From the NCBI RefSeq assembly GCF_000300875.1, contig NZ_AMSG01000002.1, positions 117,842-149,841 on the forward strand: a stretch of 32,000 nucleotides of DNA. Direction: 5' to 3'. The notes under the pieces are model-generated. The model worked only from the letters and a program-made list of their open reading frames with translations, was not told where the DNA came from and did no database searches. The stretch is from Galbibacter marinus. Lineage in GTDB: Bacteria > Bacteroidota > Bacteroidia > Flavobacteriales > Flavobacteriaceae. The position numbers were made by a program, and so were the translations under genes. The number at the start of each line of letters is the position of its first letter. The first letter of the stretch is position 1. Positions 1 through 8,448 of the stretch are shown in pieces.

Positions 1-93
1 TGTTAATTTTAATTCTTGAAAGGTCAGTTGCATGTAGATATTGGAATTCCTTAAAATTCTTATTCTTAATTGGGTTTATTAATCTCCATTTGT

Positions 94-101
94 TACTTTT
101 G
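94..101 (+). promoter_or_regulatory. Candidate Bacteroidetes -7 box (TACTTTTG) upstream of sucC
   Basis: Exact match to the Bacteroidetes sigma-A -7 consensus TAnnTTTG, ending 29 nt upstream of the sucC ATG. No clear -33 TTTG at ideal spacing. Confidence 0.3.
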
Positions 102-129
102 TTCCGCTTAAATTATACAACGCATCGTT

Positions 130-1323
130 ATGAATTTACACGAATATCAAGGAAAAGAAATACTTGCAAGTTTTGGAGTACGCATACAGCGTGGAATTGT
201 AGCTCAAACTGCAGCGGAGGCTGTAGCTGCTGCCAAACGACTAACTGAGGAAACTGGTACCGGATGGCATGTAATCAAAGCGCAGGTTCACGCAGGTGGT
301 CGCGGTAAAGGTGGTGGTGTTAAACTTGCCAAAAACCTTAAAGAGGTAGAAGAAATAGCTGATGCTATTATCGGTATGAACCTAGTAACCCCTCAAACGA
401 GTAAAGAAGGTAAAAAGGTTCATCAGGTATTGGTGGCAGAAGATGTTTATTATCCAGGTGATAGTGAAACATCAGAATTTTATATGTCTGTACTGCTTAA
501 TAGGAGTACAGGTAGAAATATGATTATGTATTCTACTGAGGGTGGAATGGATATCGAAGAGGTGGCTGAAAAGACCCCGCATTTAATTTTTAATGAAGAG
601 ATTGACCCTGCTACTGGTCTTCTACCGTTTCAGGCGCGTCAGATCGCCTTTAATCTTGGACTTAGTGGACAGGCGTTTAAAGAAATGGTGAAGTTTGTTA
701 GTTCTTTATATAAGGCTTACGAATCTTCTGATTCTTCCTTATTTGAAATTAACCCAGTTCTTAAGACTTCTGATGATAAGATCATGGCTGTTGATGCAAA
801 GGTGACTATCGATGATAATGCTTTGTACCGTCATAAGGACTATGAAGAAATGAGGGATGTTAGAGAGGAAGATCCTATCGAAGTAGAAGCAAGAGCTGCT
901 GGATTAAACTTTGTGAATCTAGATGGTAATGTAGGATGCATGGTTAATGGAGCTGGTTTAGCAATGGCTACCATGGATTTAATTAAAATGGCTGGTGGAG
1001 AACCTGCAAACTTTCTAGATGTAGGAGGGACTGCGGATGCTCAACGTGTTGAAACTGCATTTAGAATCATCCTAAAGGATCCTAACGTGAAAGCGATTTT
1101 GGTAAACATATTCGGAGGAATTGTTCGTGGTGATCGTGTAGCTCAAGGAATTGTAGATGCTTATAGAAGTATGGGTGATGCAATTAATGTTCCTATAATT
1201 GTTAGATTACAAGGAACCAATGCGGAGCTTGCTAAAGAATTAATTGATAATTCTGGCCTAGCGGTACATTCAGCAATTGAATTTAAAGAAGCAGCTGACA
1301 AAGTACAAGAAGTATTGCAATAA
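130..1323 (+). CDS. sucC: Succinate--CoA ligase (ADP-forming) beta subunit
   Basis: 397-aa ORF with the classic N-terminus MNLHEYQGKEILASFGV, the ATP-grasp motif KAQVHAGGRGKGGGVK and the C-terminal CoA-ligase domain (NIFGGIVR). ATG at 130. Confidence 0.95.
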   Translation: MNLHEYQGKEILASFGVRIQRGIVAQTAAEAVAAAKRLTEETGTGWHVIKAQVHAGGRGKGGGVKLAKNLKEVEEIADAIIGMNLVTPQTSKEGKKVHQVLVAEDVYYPGDSETSEFYMSVLLNRSTGRNMIMYSTEGGMDIEEVAEKTPHLIFNEEIDPATGLLPFQARQIAFNLGLSGQAFKEMVKFVSSLYKAYESSDSSLFEINPVLKTSDDKIMAVDAKVTIDDNALYRHKDYEEMRDVREEDPIEVEARAAGLNFVNLDGNVGCMVNGAGLAMATMDLIKMAGGEPANFLDVGGTADAQRVETAFRIILKDPNVKAILVNIFGGIVRGDRVAQGIVDAYRSMGDAINVPIIVRLQGTNAELAKELIDNSGLAVHSAIEFKEAADKVQEVLQ

Positions 1324-1378
1324 CAATATAGTATTGCATCTTACTTAATAGTGCTATAATTATCATTTTGGATTAAGA

Positions 1379-1410
1379 ACCTCGGTATAACCCCGGGGTT
1401 TTTTGTTTTT
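1379..1410 (+). terminator. Rho-independent terminator after sucC
   Basis: Stem ACCTCGG / CCGGGGT (7 bp, one G-U pair), 7-nt loop, followed by TTTTTTGTTTTT. Confidence 0.6.
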
Positions 1411-1808
1411 CCTAACATAACAAACACAAACGTATCTTCATTTTTTAATGTTTGCTTAAGGTTAACTACTAATTGTTCAACCTATGTACATAGGGTTTGT
1501 TAAAAATCTTAATCCGAACTTAATAATACTCCAACAGATTTATAAGAATAAAGTAGGATTATCAACGGGATGATTAAAAGCCTAACGAATCCTTATGATA
1601 TACTTAGAGGTAAGATCAATTTCAGTAATAATTAATGTATAGTGCTATCAAAGGGCTAAGGTGTTTTAAGGTAGTTTAAAAGGGTAAATCACTAGAGATT
1701 AGAGAAACGTTAACTAGTTTAAGTTTTTATTAACTAGCTATATGTCAGTATGATATATTTTGATTTCGGTGTAATTTTATCTTGTTTAACATTCAAAAAA
1801 CAATAGTT

Positions 1809-2141
1809 ATGAAAAAGTCAAAATTAATTGTGTTACTGGCCATCTTAAGCTCATCGCTTCTAATGGCCAATGTAGATCCGAATCCATCTACAAAAGAGAT
1901 TTCAAAACAGTTATCTTCTATTCTTGGAACGCCTAATTTTAAATTAAATGAAAATGTCTTAGTGGCTAATGTTCGTTTTAAAGTAAATGCGGAATCTGAA
2001 ATCGTTGTTCTTACCGTGAAATCCGAAAATGAGCTTGTAGAATCCTATATTAAAGGACGAATGAATTACAAAAAAGTGGATGTCCCTGGACTAATAGCGG
2101 GAAAAGAATACACGGTGGATGTTCGTATCCTCTCGCGTTAA
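1809..2141 (+). CDS. Small secreted hypothetical protein (N-terminal signal peptide)
   Basis: The ORF track starts at TTG 1782. The ATG at 1809 gives MKKSKLIVLLAILSSSLLMANV, a typical signal peptide. I recognise no family. Confidence 0.5.
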   Translation: MKKSKLIVLLAILSSSLLMANVDPNPSTKEISKQLSSILGTPNFKLNENVLVANVRFKVNAESEIVVLTVKSENELVESYIKGRMNYKKVDVPGLIAGKEYTVDVRILSR

Positions 2142-2176
2142 GTCCAATGTTTTTGAAAGAATATTTCTAAAAAATT

Positions 2177-2205
2177 AAAGGGTTGTCCAAAGTAGACAGC
2201 CCTTT
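2177..2205. terminator. Hairpin between convergent genes, probably the cysH terminator
   Basis: AAAGGGTTGTC / GACAGCCCTTT 11-bp stem (one G-U pair) with a 7-nt loop. On the minus strand it is followed by AATTTTTT. The U-tract on the plus strand is weaker. Confidence 0.5.
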
Positions 2206-2227
2206 ATGTATTTATAAGGGTAACACT

Positions 2228-2923
2228 TTATAGATGTAAACCACATTCCGTTTTAGGGCTGTTGTTCCAACGTCCGCTTCGATCATCTCCTGGCACGGTA
2301 CAGTGTTTACAACCGATTGAGTTATATCCTTGAAACACCAAAGGGTGGAAGGGTAGTTTGTGTTTTTCTATAAAGGCTTCTCTTTGTTCTTTAGTAACAT
2401 CGAGTAGGGGATAAAATTTTATGATGTTCCCTCTTTCCTCAAATATGTCTAGAGTAGATCTATGGTCACTTTGCCATCTCATAAGTCCAGATACCCAAAG
2501 GGAGTATTTCTTTTTAATAACATCCAAAGGCTTCACTTTGTTGATGCTGCAACAGAACTCTGGGTTTTTACGATAGGTTTGGTCTTGTACGGTAAATTCG
2601 TGCTCCTCTTTGATTGCACTGATTGATTCTACATTTAACCCGTATAAATCGGTAAGTTTTTGTTTATAGTCCAGGGTTTCTGGAAAGTGAAATCCTGTAT
2701 CTATAAAATACACTTTCTGTTCTTTGTTTACCCTTGAAAAAAGATGAAGTAAAAAAGCAGATGTAGCAGCAAAGGAACTTGTTAACATGATTTCATCCAT
2801 CGAAAAATCTTCGTACAACATAGCAATACGCTGCTCAATTGAAAGGGGTTTGTACTTGGCGTTTAATTCTTGGAGCTCTTTATCCGTATAGGTTCTCTTT
2901 GCAACGACTTCTTTTTCTAGCAT
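2228..2923 (-). CDS. cysH: Phosphoadenylyl-sulfate / adenylyl-sulfate reductase (CysH family, Fe-S cluster type)
   Basis: PAPS-reductase fold signature (MLTSSFAATSAFLLHL, VYFIDTGFHFPET), the C-terminal catalytic ECGLH motif, and the Cys pair plus CxxC (CCSINK ... CKHC) typical of Fe-S-containing APS-type enzymes. Confidence 0.85.
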   Translation of the reverse strand: MLEKEVVAKRTYTDKELQELNAKYKPLSIEQRIAMLYEDFSMDEIMLTSSFAATSAFLLHLFSRVNKEQKVYFIDTGFHFPETLDYKQKLTDLYGLNVESISAIKEEHEFTVQDQTYRKNPEFCCSINKVKPLDVIKKKYSLWVSGLMRWQSDHRSTLDIFEERGNIIKFYPLLDVTKEQREAFIEKHKLPFHPLVFQGYNSIGCKHCTVPGDDRSGRWNNSPKTECGLHL

Positions 2924-3231
2924 ATTAATCTATTTATTCTATAGGGAATTAGTTTTAAAGGTGCTAAGATAGTTTTTTTTTCAAAATATCTTGGCTCAAC
3001 AAGGTATTCTTATTAAAAAATTAGAAATTTTTAACCTAATAGGGTAGGAATGTTAAAGGAACAAATAGACATGATTTACAGTTATTAGATTGGTTTTGTT
3101 TAAAAACAAGACAAATTGTCGTGCTAAACTATCCAGAATCAGCCATAATGGCATTGTTTTTAAATTGGACTCATATTTGTCTAATGGTAAGTGTACAACA
3201 AAAAATTGATCATTAATATAAAATTTAAGTT

Positions 3232-3660
3232 ATGAGTTTAGTAAGAAGAAATAGCGGTTTTTTTCCAAGTTTTTTGGATACAATGGCCAGAGAAGATTGG
3301 TTTGGAGGTCTAGAGCGTTTAAGTGATACCATACCCGCGGTAAATATTAAAGAATTAGAGAAAGCTTTTGCTTTAGAGTTAGCAGTACCTGGAATGAAGA
3401 AAGAAGATTTTAAAATCGAACTTGACAAAGATGTACTGACAGTATCAGCTGAAGTTTCAGATGAGTCCAAAGCTGAGCAAGATGCACAGTACAGCCGTAG
3501 AGAATTCAAATACGCTTCATTTAAACGTGTATTTACGCTTCCGAAGGCCATTGATAAAGATCAAATCAATGCCAGTTATACCGACGGAGTATTGAATTTA
3601 ACGCTACCTAAGTTAGAGGCTGCACTTCCAGCTCCGAAAAGACTGGTTGAGATCGCATAA
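3232..3660 (+). CDS. Hsp20/alpha-crystallin family small heat-shock protein
   Basis: 142 aa with an alpha-crystallin domain pattern (PAVNIKELEKAFALELAVPGMKKEDFKIELDKDVLTVSAE ... ASYTDGVLNLTLPK). Confidence 0.9.
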   Translation: MSLVRRNSGFFPSFLDTMAREDWFGGLERLSDTIPAVNIKELEKAFALELAVPGMKKEDFKIELDKDVLTVSAEVSDESKAEQDAQYSRREFKYASFKRVFTLPKAIDKDQINASYTDGVLNLTLPKLEAALPAPKRLVEIA

Positions 3661-3712
3661 ATTAAAAAAGATAGTTTTTTCATAATTGGTTAGTAGAGTT
3701 AGTTAGTTAAAG

Positions 3713-3748
3713 AGCGCTCCTTTTCTTTTAAAGAGGGGCGCTTTTTTA
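3713..3748 (+). terminator. Rho-independent terminator after hsp20, lying between convergent genes
   Basis: 12-bp stem AGCGCTCCTTTT / AAAGAGGGGCGCT (two G-U pairs), 6-nt loop, followed by TTTTT. Confidence 0.65.
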
Positions 3749-3782
3749 TGTATTGGTAACACATTTAAATGGTAGTTTCTCT

Positions 3783-4181
3783 TTAGTTTGGTATAAAATT
3801 TATAGACTTATGGCTTTGGATGATTTCCATGATAATTTCAAAATAGGTTTGTCCCATTCCTTGTTCAAGAGCTAGGAGCTTGGATTTTGCAAATTCACTG
3901 CTGTATTGTTCCGGTTTTGAGAGTTTGTCTTGGTAATAAGCAATAGTGGTCTCTAATCCGAGTACCTCTTTGCTTTTGTTGATATTTGTCCAGATTAAAT
4001 CAAATTTCTCCATTGATTTATGGGCTCCGAAACCTCCATAGAACAGATCGTCCAGTGCATCTAGGCTTTGTCCTATTTTCCAATCCTCATCCTGCATAAA
4101 CAGGCGATTGATTTCTTTGTAGAAATCCCCAATATTGTTAATGTGGTCGCCATTAATGGTGAAGGAGAAGGTTTTTTCCAT
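3783..4181 (-). CDS. Barstar-family (ribonuclease inhibitor-like) protein
   Basis: INGDHINNIGDFYKEINRLF..GQSLDALDDLFYGG parallels Bacillus barstar [33 protein letters not shown], including both Asp residues of the LDALxD helix. The ATG lies 1 nt after the uvrB stop. Confidence 0.65.
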   Translation of the reverse strand: MEKTFSFTINGDHINNIGDFYKEINRLFMQDEDWKIGQSLDALDDLFYGGFGAHKSMEKFDLIWTNINKSKEVLGLETTIAYYQDKLSKPEQYSSEFAKSKLLALEQGMGQTYFEIIMEIIQSHKSINFIPN

Positions 4182-4182
4182 C

Positions 4183-6174
4183 CTAGATGTGCTGTTTTAA
4201 TGAGGCAATTTCATCTCTCAATTGTGCAGCTTCTAAGAAGTCTAGTGCTTTGGCTGCTTTTTCCATAGCCTTCCGCTTTTCTCTGATCAGCTTTTCTATT
4301 TTTTCTTTGGGTAAAAACTCTAATTCTGGTTCCGAAGCTTTGCGAGCAGCTTCTTTCTCTAATTGGTTGGTCGAAATCGAGTTTTTAGCAAGCATGCTGT
4401 CAAGACTTTTATTTAAAGCCTTTGGGGTGATGTTATGTTTTTTGTTGTAGTTTATTTGTTTTTCTCTTCTATAGTTGGTTTCATCAATAGTGCGTTGCAT
4501 ACTGGCAGTGACCTTATCGGCGTACATAATTGCCTTGCCGTTTAAGTTCCTAGCTGCTCTACCGACGGTTTGAGTAAGTGAACGAGCTGATCTTAAAAAA
4601 CCTTCCTTATCAGCGTCTAAAATAGCCACTAAGGAAACCTCAGGGAGATCCAATCCTTCTCTAAGTAGATTGACACCTATAAGAACATCGAACAATCCCT
4701 TTCTGAGATCTTGCATGATTTCTACGCGCTCAAGGGTATCGACATCACTGTGGATATATCGGCATCGAATTTGTATGCGACTGAGGTATTTGGTGAGTTC
4801 TTCAGCCATTCGTTTGGTCAAGGTAGTAACCAAGATTCGTTCATCTCGCTCAATGCGCTGATGAATTTCTTCTACTAAATCGTCGATTTGATTTTCGCTT
4901 GCTCGTACCTCAATCACAGGGTCTAAAAGTCCTGTAGGGCGAATGACCTGTTCTACATAGGTTCCTTCACTTAGCTGAAGTTCGTAATCCGCAGGAGTAG
5001 CACTGACATATATCACTTGATTTTGGAGTGCTTCAAACTCTTCGAACTTTAGAGGTCTATTGTCCATAGCAGCTGGTAATCGGAAACCGTATTCCACCAA
5101 ATTTTCTTTTCTACTACGGTCACCGCCGTACATTGCATGGACCTGTGGAATGGTAACGTGACTCTCATCGACCACCATCAAATAATCATCCGGGAAATAA
5201 TCTAAAAGGCAAAATGGGCGTGTTCCAGGTTCTCTGCCGTCAAGGTATCGAGAGTAATTTTCAATACCACTGCAATAACCTAATTCACGAATCATTTCCA
5301 AATCAAAATTGGTGCGTTCTTCCAAACGTTTCGCCTCCAGGTGTTTTCCAGTTTCTTTGAAAAAATCTATTTGTTTTACCAAATCGTCCTGTATCGATTT
5401 AATAGCATTTTGTAGCACATCTGGGGAGGTCACAAACATGTTCGCTGGATAAATCGTTAATCGTTCATGCTTTTCAATAACCTTATTAGTATTGGGATCA
5501 AATGCTTCGATTTCCTCCACTTCATCTCCAAAAAAGTGAATTCTGTAGGCGTCATCAGCGTAACTTGGAAATACATCGATCACATCACCTTTAACTCTAA
5601 AATTTCCATGGGTAAAATCTGCCGTTGTTCGGGAATATAAGCTTTGTACTAGGCGATGTAAAAACTTGGTCCGCGATATGACCTGATCTCTTTCAATAGC
5701 GATGACGTTCTTTTGAAATTCCACTGGATTTCCAATACCGTATAAACATGAAACCGAAGCGACCACCAGTACATCTCTTCGACCTGATAATAGGGAGGAA
5801 GTGGTGCTGAGTCGGAGTTTCTCTATCTCTTCATTTATGGATAAATCCTTTTCAATATAAGTCCCCGTTACTGGAATATAGGCCTCCGGCTGATAGTAAT
5901 CATAATAAGAAACAAAATATTCTACCGCGTTGTCAGGGAAGAATTGTTTGAATTCTGAATACAATTGAGCCGCAAGAGTTTTGTTGTGAGCCAGCACTAA
6001 AGTCGGACGTTGAACATTTTCAATAACATTTGCCACTGTAAAGGTTTTCCCTGAACCAGTAACTCCTAATAAGGTCTGATATCGCTCATCACTCGTAATT
6101 CCTTGTGAGAGTTGAGCAATGGCCGAGGGTTGATCGCCTGTAGGTTTGTAATCTGATCGTATCTTAAATTGCAT
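4183..6174 (-). CDS. uvrB: Excinuclease ABC subunit B
   Basis: 663 aa with Walker A GVTGSGKT, the DESH box (VVDESHVT), helicase motifs and the C-terminal UVR domain (FLEAAQLRDEI). Confidence 0.97.
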   Translation of the reverse strand: MQFKIRSDYKPTGDQPSAIAQLSQGITSDERYQTLLGVTGSGKTFTVANVIENVQRPTLVLAHNKTLAAQLYSEFKQFFPDNAVEYFVSYYDYYQPEAYIPVTGTYIEKDLSINEEIEKLRLSTTSSLLSGRRDVLVVASVSCLYGIGNPVEFQKNVIAIERDQVISRTKFLHRLVQSLYSRTTADFTHGNFRVKGDVIDVFPSYADDAYRIHFFGDEVEEIEAFDPNTNKVIEKHERLTIYPANMFVTSPDVLQNAIKSIQDDLVKQIDFFKETGKHLEAKRLEERTNFDLEMIRELGYCSGIENYSRYLDGREPGTRPFCLLDYFPDDYLMVVDESHVTIPQVHAMYGGDRSRKENLVEYGFRLPAAMDNRPLKFEEFEALQNQVIYVSATPADYELQLSEGTYVEQVIRPTGLLDPVIEVRASENQIDDLVEEIHQRIERDERILVTTLTKRMAEELTKYLSRIQIRCRYIHSDVDTLERVEIMQDLRKGLFDVLIGVNLLREGLDLPEVSLVAILDADKEGFLRSARSLTQTVGRAARNLNGKAIMYADKVTASMQRTIDETNYRREKQINYNKKHNITPKALNKSLDSMLAKNSISTNQLEKEAARKASEPELEFLPKEKIEKLIREKRKAMEKAAKALDFLEAAQLRDEIASLKQHI

Positions 6175-6267
6175 TTCACAAAATTAAGGTATTAAAATTA
6201 AAGTACTTGCCTTAATTCGCTACTATTGAGCTAAAAACCTTGATCAAAATATTAAAATCTAATAGGG

Positions 6268-7119
6268 TTATAAGTCTCTTTTCTTTAATAGGGCATATGA
6301 ACCATAAATAAACAAGAATGTCCAGATTAATACGATGAGTATTTCATACCAGTGAACTCCATAGTCCTTGTTAAAGGCTTGACCTACCTGATTGGCTACT
6401 GATTGTACTGCATTGAGTCTACTAAAGGGTTCTTTAATCAGGTTGCTCATGCTGTTTAAAGGGAAAAATTGCATGACATTGGATGCGAATTCAGAATTAG
6501 CTTTCCATGCGAAAACCCCAAAGAGTATCCCTTCTACGATTTGCCAAAGGATTAAAAAACCCAGTGCAAAGGCTGATCGCTTAACCAGTATTCCCAGAAA
6601 CAAACAGAAGGAGAAGAAGCCTAATAGTTTGACAAAAAACGCTAGTAAGAATTCTAAATCAGAGAAGATGATACTGAGTTCGTCATAGTCGGAATAAATA
6701 AGTCCTAGGATTAGAGACACCACAAAGATGAATACTGTTGAAATTATCGAAAAGCTAATTACAGTATAAAACTTTGAGAGGATGAATTCTTTTTTACTTA
6801 ATCCATCTATTAGATTTTGCTTGAGTGTTTTGTTGCTATATTCATTGGACATCATCGATACAATCACAATGGCTAAGAAAAGCTTAAAGAATGCTACCAA
6901 ATAAGTGGTAAAATGCCATATATAAGGAAAGTTAAAAATTCCTTGGTCCGCTAAGTTGAAGTGAAATTCTCCTATATCAAATTGTATTGCTGCACAAAGC
7001 GCTATAAAGGTGAGTAAAATAAAGTATGATAGGATTAGAAACTTACTGCTTTTATTATTCCAAAGTTTGATAAACTCAATAGATAGTAATCTTTTCATAA
7101 ACATACTGCGGAAACCCAT
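6268..7119 (-). CDS. ABC-2 type transporter permease
   Basis: Multi-TM hydrophobic protein directly downstream of an ABC ATPase. Three in-frame ATGs (7119, 7104, 7098); MKRLLSIEFIKLW from 7098 looks like the conserved N-terminus, so the start is uncertain. Confidence 0.75.
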   Translation of the reverse strand: MGFRSMFMKRLLSIEFIKLWNNKSSKFLILSYFILLTFIALCAAIQFDIGEFHFNLADQGIFNFPYIWHFTTYLVAFFKLFLAIVIVSMMSNEYSNKTLKQNLIDGLSKKEFILSKFYTVISFSIISTVFIFVVSLILGLIYSDYDELSIIFSDLEFLLAFFVKLLGFFSFCLFLGILVKRSAFALGFLILWQIVEGILFGVFAWKANSEFASNVMQFFPLNSMSNLIKEPFSRLNAVQSVANQVGQAFNKDYGVHWYEILIVLIWTFLFIYGSYALLKKRDL

Positions 7120-7290
7120 TGATCTGTAGTGGATGGGAGGAAAGCAGTGATCCCCTTTGTTAATAACTTATTTTTTTTATGCTGATGTGAACGCATCTAT
7201 TAATATTGCTAACCTTGGACGCGCCATAAACCGTGTCGGAAAATCGAATGATATGTGTTGCACTATTGCTCATGTTCATTCAGGTTTAAA

Positions 7291-7319
7291 ACCCAATCCA
7301 TCGCTATGCGTGGTTGGGT
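7291..7319 (-). terminator. GC-rich hairpin (attenuator/terminator-like) just after the ABC ATPase stop
   Basis: Minus strand ACCCAACCA-CGC-ata-GCG-a-TGGaTTGGGT: about 12 bp with one bulge, followed only by TTT. The U-tract is short, so terminator function is uncertain. Confidence 0.35.
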
Positions 7320-7329
7320 AGTTTTATAA

Positions 7330-8232
7330 TTAGTTAGCTGTGTTATTGGTTAGAGAAAGGAATTGTTCTTCTAGGCTTTCTTTTCGCCAGATTAAATGGG
7401 AGAGGACAATATTTTGCTCAAACATCAATTGGTTAAAGGTCGCAGGCTCCATAGGTTGACTTAAAAAAGCGGTGATTAGGCCATTCTCTAGCTTTACTGT
7501 ACTAAATTGATCGTTGTCCTTCAGGTAGGCCATTAAAGTGTCCATTTGCGAAGTTTTTAGTTCAAAAAAACCGTGACTAGCAGTCATTTGATCCACTCTC
7601 CCTGAGTAAATCATATGCCCTTTCCTAAGAATAATAGCATGTGTACAGACCTTCTCAACCTCGTCTAATAGGTGAGAGGCAAGTAAAATAGTTGTGCCGG
7701 AGGCAGCGATCTTTTTTATAATGCTTCGAATTTGATGTATCCCTTGTGGATCTAATCCATTGGTGGGTTCATCAAGTATGAGGATCTCAGGGTCGTTAAG
7801 CAAGGCGGAGGCAATTGCAAGTCGTTGCTTCATGCCTAAAGAATAAGCCTTAAATTTACTATCCTTTCGATCCAAGAGACCTACCAGTTCTAATTTCTCA
7901 TGAATCTTCTCTGGTGATACTTCTTTTATTTTACAAACCAGTTTAAGATTCTGTTCTGCACTCATATAGGGATAGAAGTTTGGCCGCTCTATAATGGCTC
8001 CTACCTTCTTGAGTGCTTGATGTGTAGTAGAGGTTCCTTCAAACCAAGTAAAGGATCCAGAAGTTTCGTTAACCACATTGAGCACCATTCCTAGTGTGGT
8101 AGATTTACCACTGCCATTGGGGCCTAATATTCCGTAGACATTTCCTTTTTTTATAGTAAATGACACATCGTTAACAGCGGTGAGAAAATGAAATTTCTTT
8201 GTAAGGTGATTGACAGTGAGTATGGTCTCCAA
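7330..8232 (-). CDS. ABC transporter ATP-binding protein
   Basis: Walker A GPNGSGKST, signature YSLGMKQRL, Walker B ILILDEP, H-loop SH. No in-frame ATG lies upstream of Walker A, so TTG at 8232 is the likely start (the in-frame stop is at 8245-8247). Confidence 0.9.
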   Translation of the reverse strand: METILTVNHLTKKFHFLTAVNDVSFTIKKGNVYGILGPNGSGKSTTLGMVLNVVNETSGSFTWFEGTSTTHQALKKVGAIIERPNFYPYMSAEQNLKLVCKIKEVSPEKIHEKLELVGLLDRKDSKFKAYSLGMKQRLAIASALLNDPEILILDEPTNGLDPQGIHQIRSIIKKIAASGTTILLASHLLDEVEKVCTHAIILRKGHMIYSGRVDQMTASHGFFELKTSQMDTLMAYLKDNDQFSTVKLENGLITAFLSQPMEPATFNQLMFEQNIVLSHLIWRKESLEEQFLSLTNNTAN

Positions 8233-8448
8233 AATCGTTTGTTTTTAAAATTGGTAGCTAGGTACTTGACGAAGTTAATTATATTTTGTTACAGTTAGAC
8301 GTAGAATTTTTTAAAAGCAGCTTCCTCTTAATATTAAAGAGGATTGATTGTAAAATCGGTTTTGGGCATCGGAAATCACTGTAGTATCAAAATAGCCATT
8401 ATGGAATTTAAAGTATTTTTGATTATATTCTAAAAAAAATAATAGCTA

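Noticed and set aside
2924-3231. Possible riboswitch (e.g. SAM) in the 308-nt region upstream of cysH.
   Set aside because: On the minus strand I see no GC-rich conserved cores of known SAM or other riboswitches. The region is AT-rich with only short palindromes (GCCATaATGGC at 3141..3151, TTGTTTAAAAACAA near 3095..3108). A covariance-model scan would be needed to exclude one formally.
3225-3551. 108-codon ORF antisense to hsp20.
   Set aside because: It lies wholly inside the well-supported Hsp20 gene on the opposite strand. The product is Ser/Leu/Ala-rich and low-complexity, which is typical of a shadow ORF.
3783-4181. Barstar-like gene as half of a toxin-antitoxin or polymorphic-toxin cassette within this window.
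   Set aside because: No candidate toxin ORF is adjacent on either side, only uvrB upstream and a terminator plus hsp20 downstream. It is kept only as an orphan-immunity observation.
4068-4861. Plus-strand ORFs (4068..4268, 4187..4450, 4670..4861) antisense to the barstar-like gene and uvrB.
   Set aside because: These are shadow frames of strongly supported genes. They have no recognisable motifs and their composition mirrors the sense-strand codons.
6392-6688. 98-codon plus-strand ORF inside the ABC-2 permease gene.
   Set aside because: It is antisense to a clear multi-TM permease, and the product is basic and low-complexity. Likely spurious.
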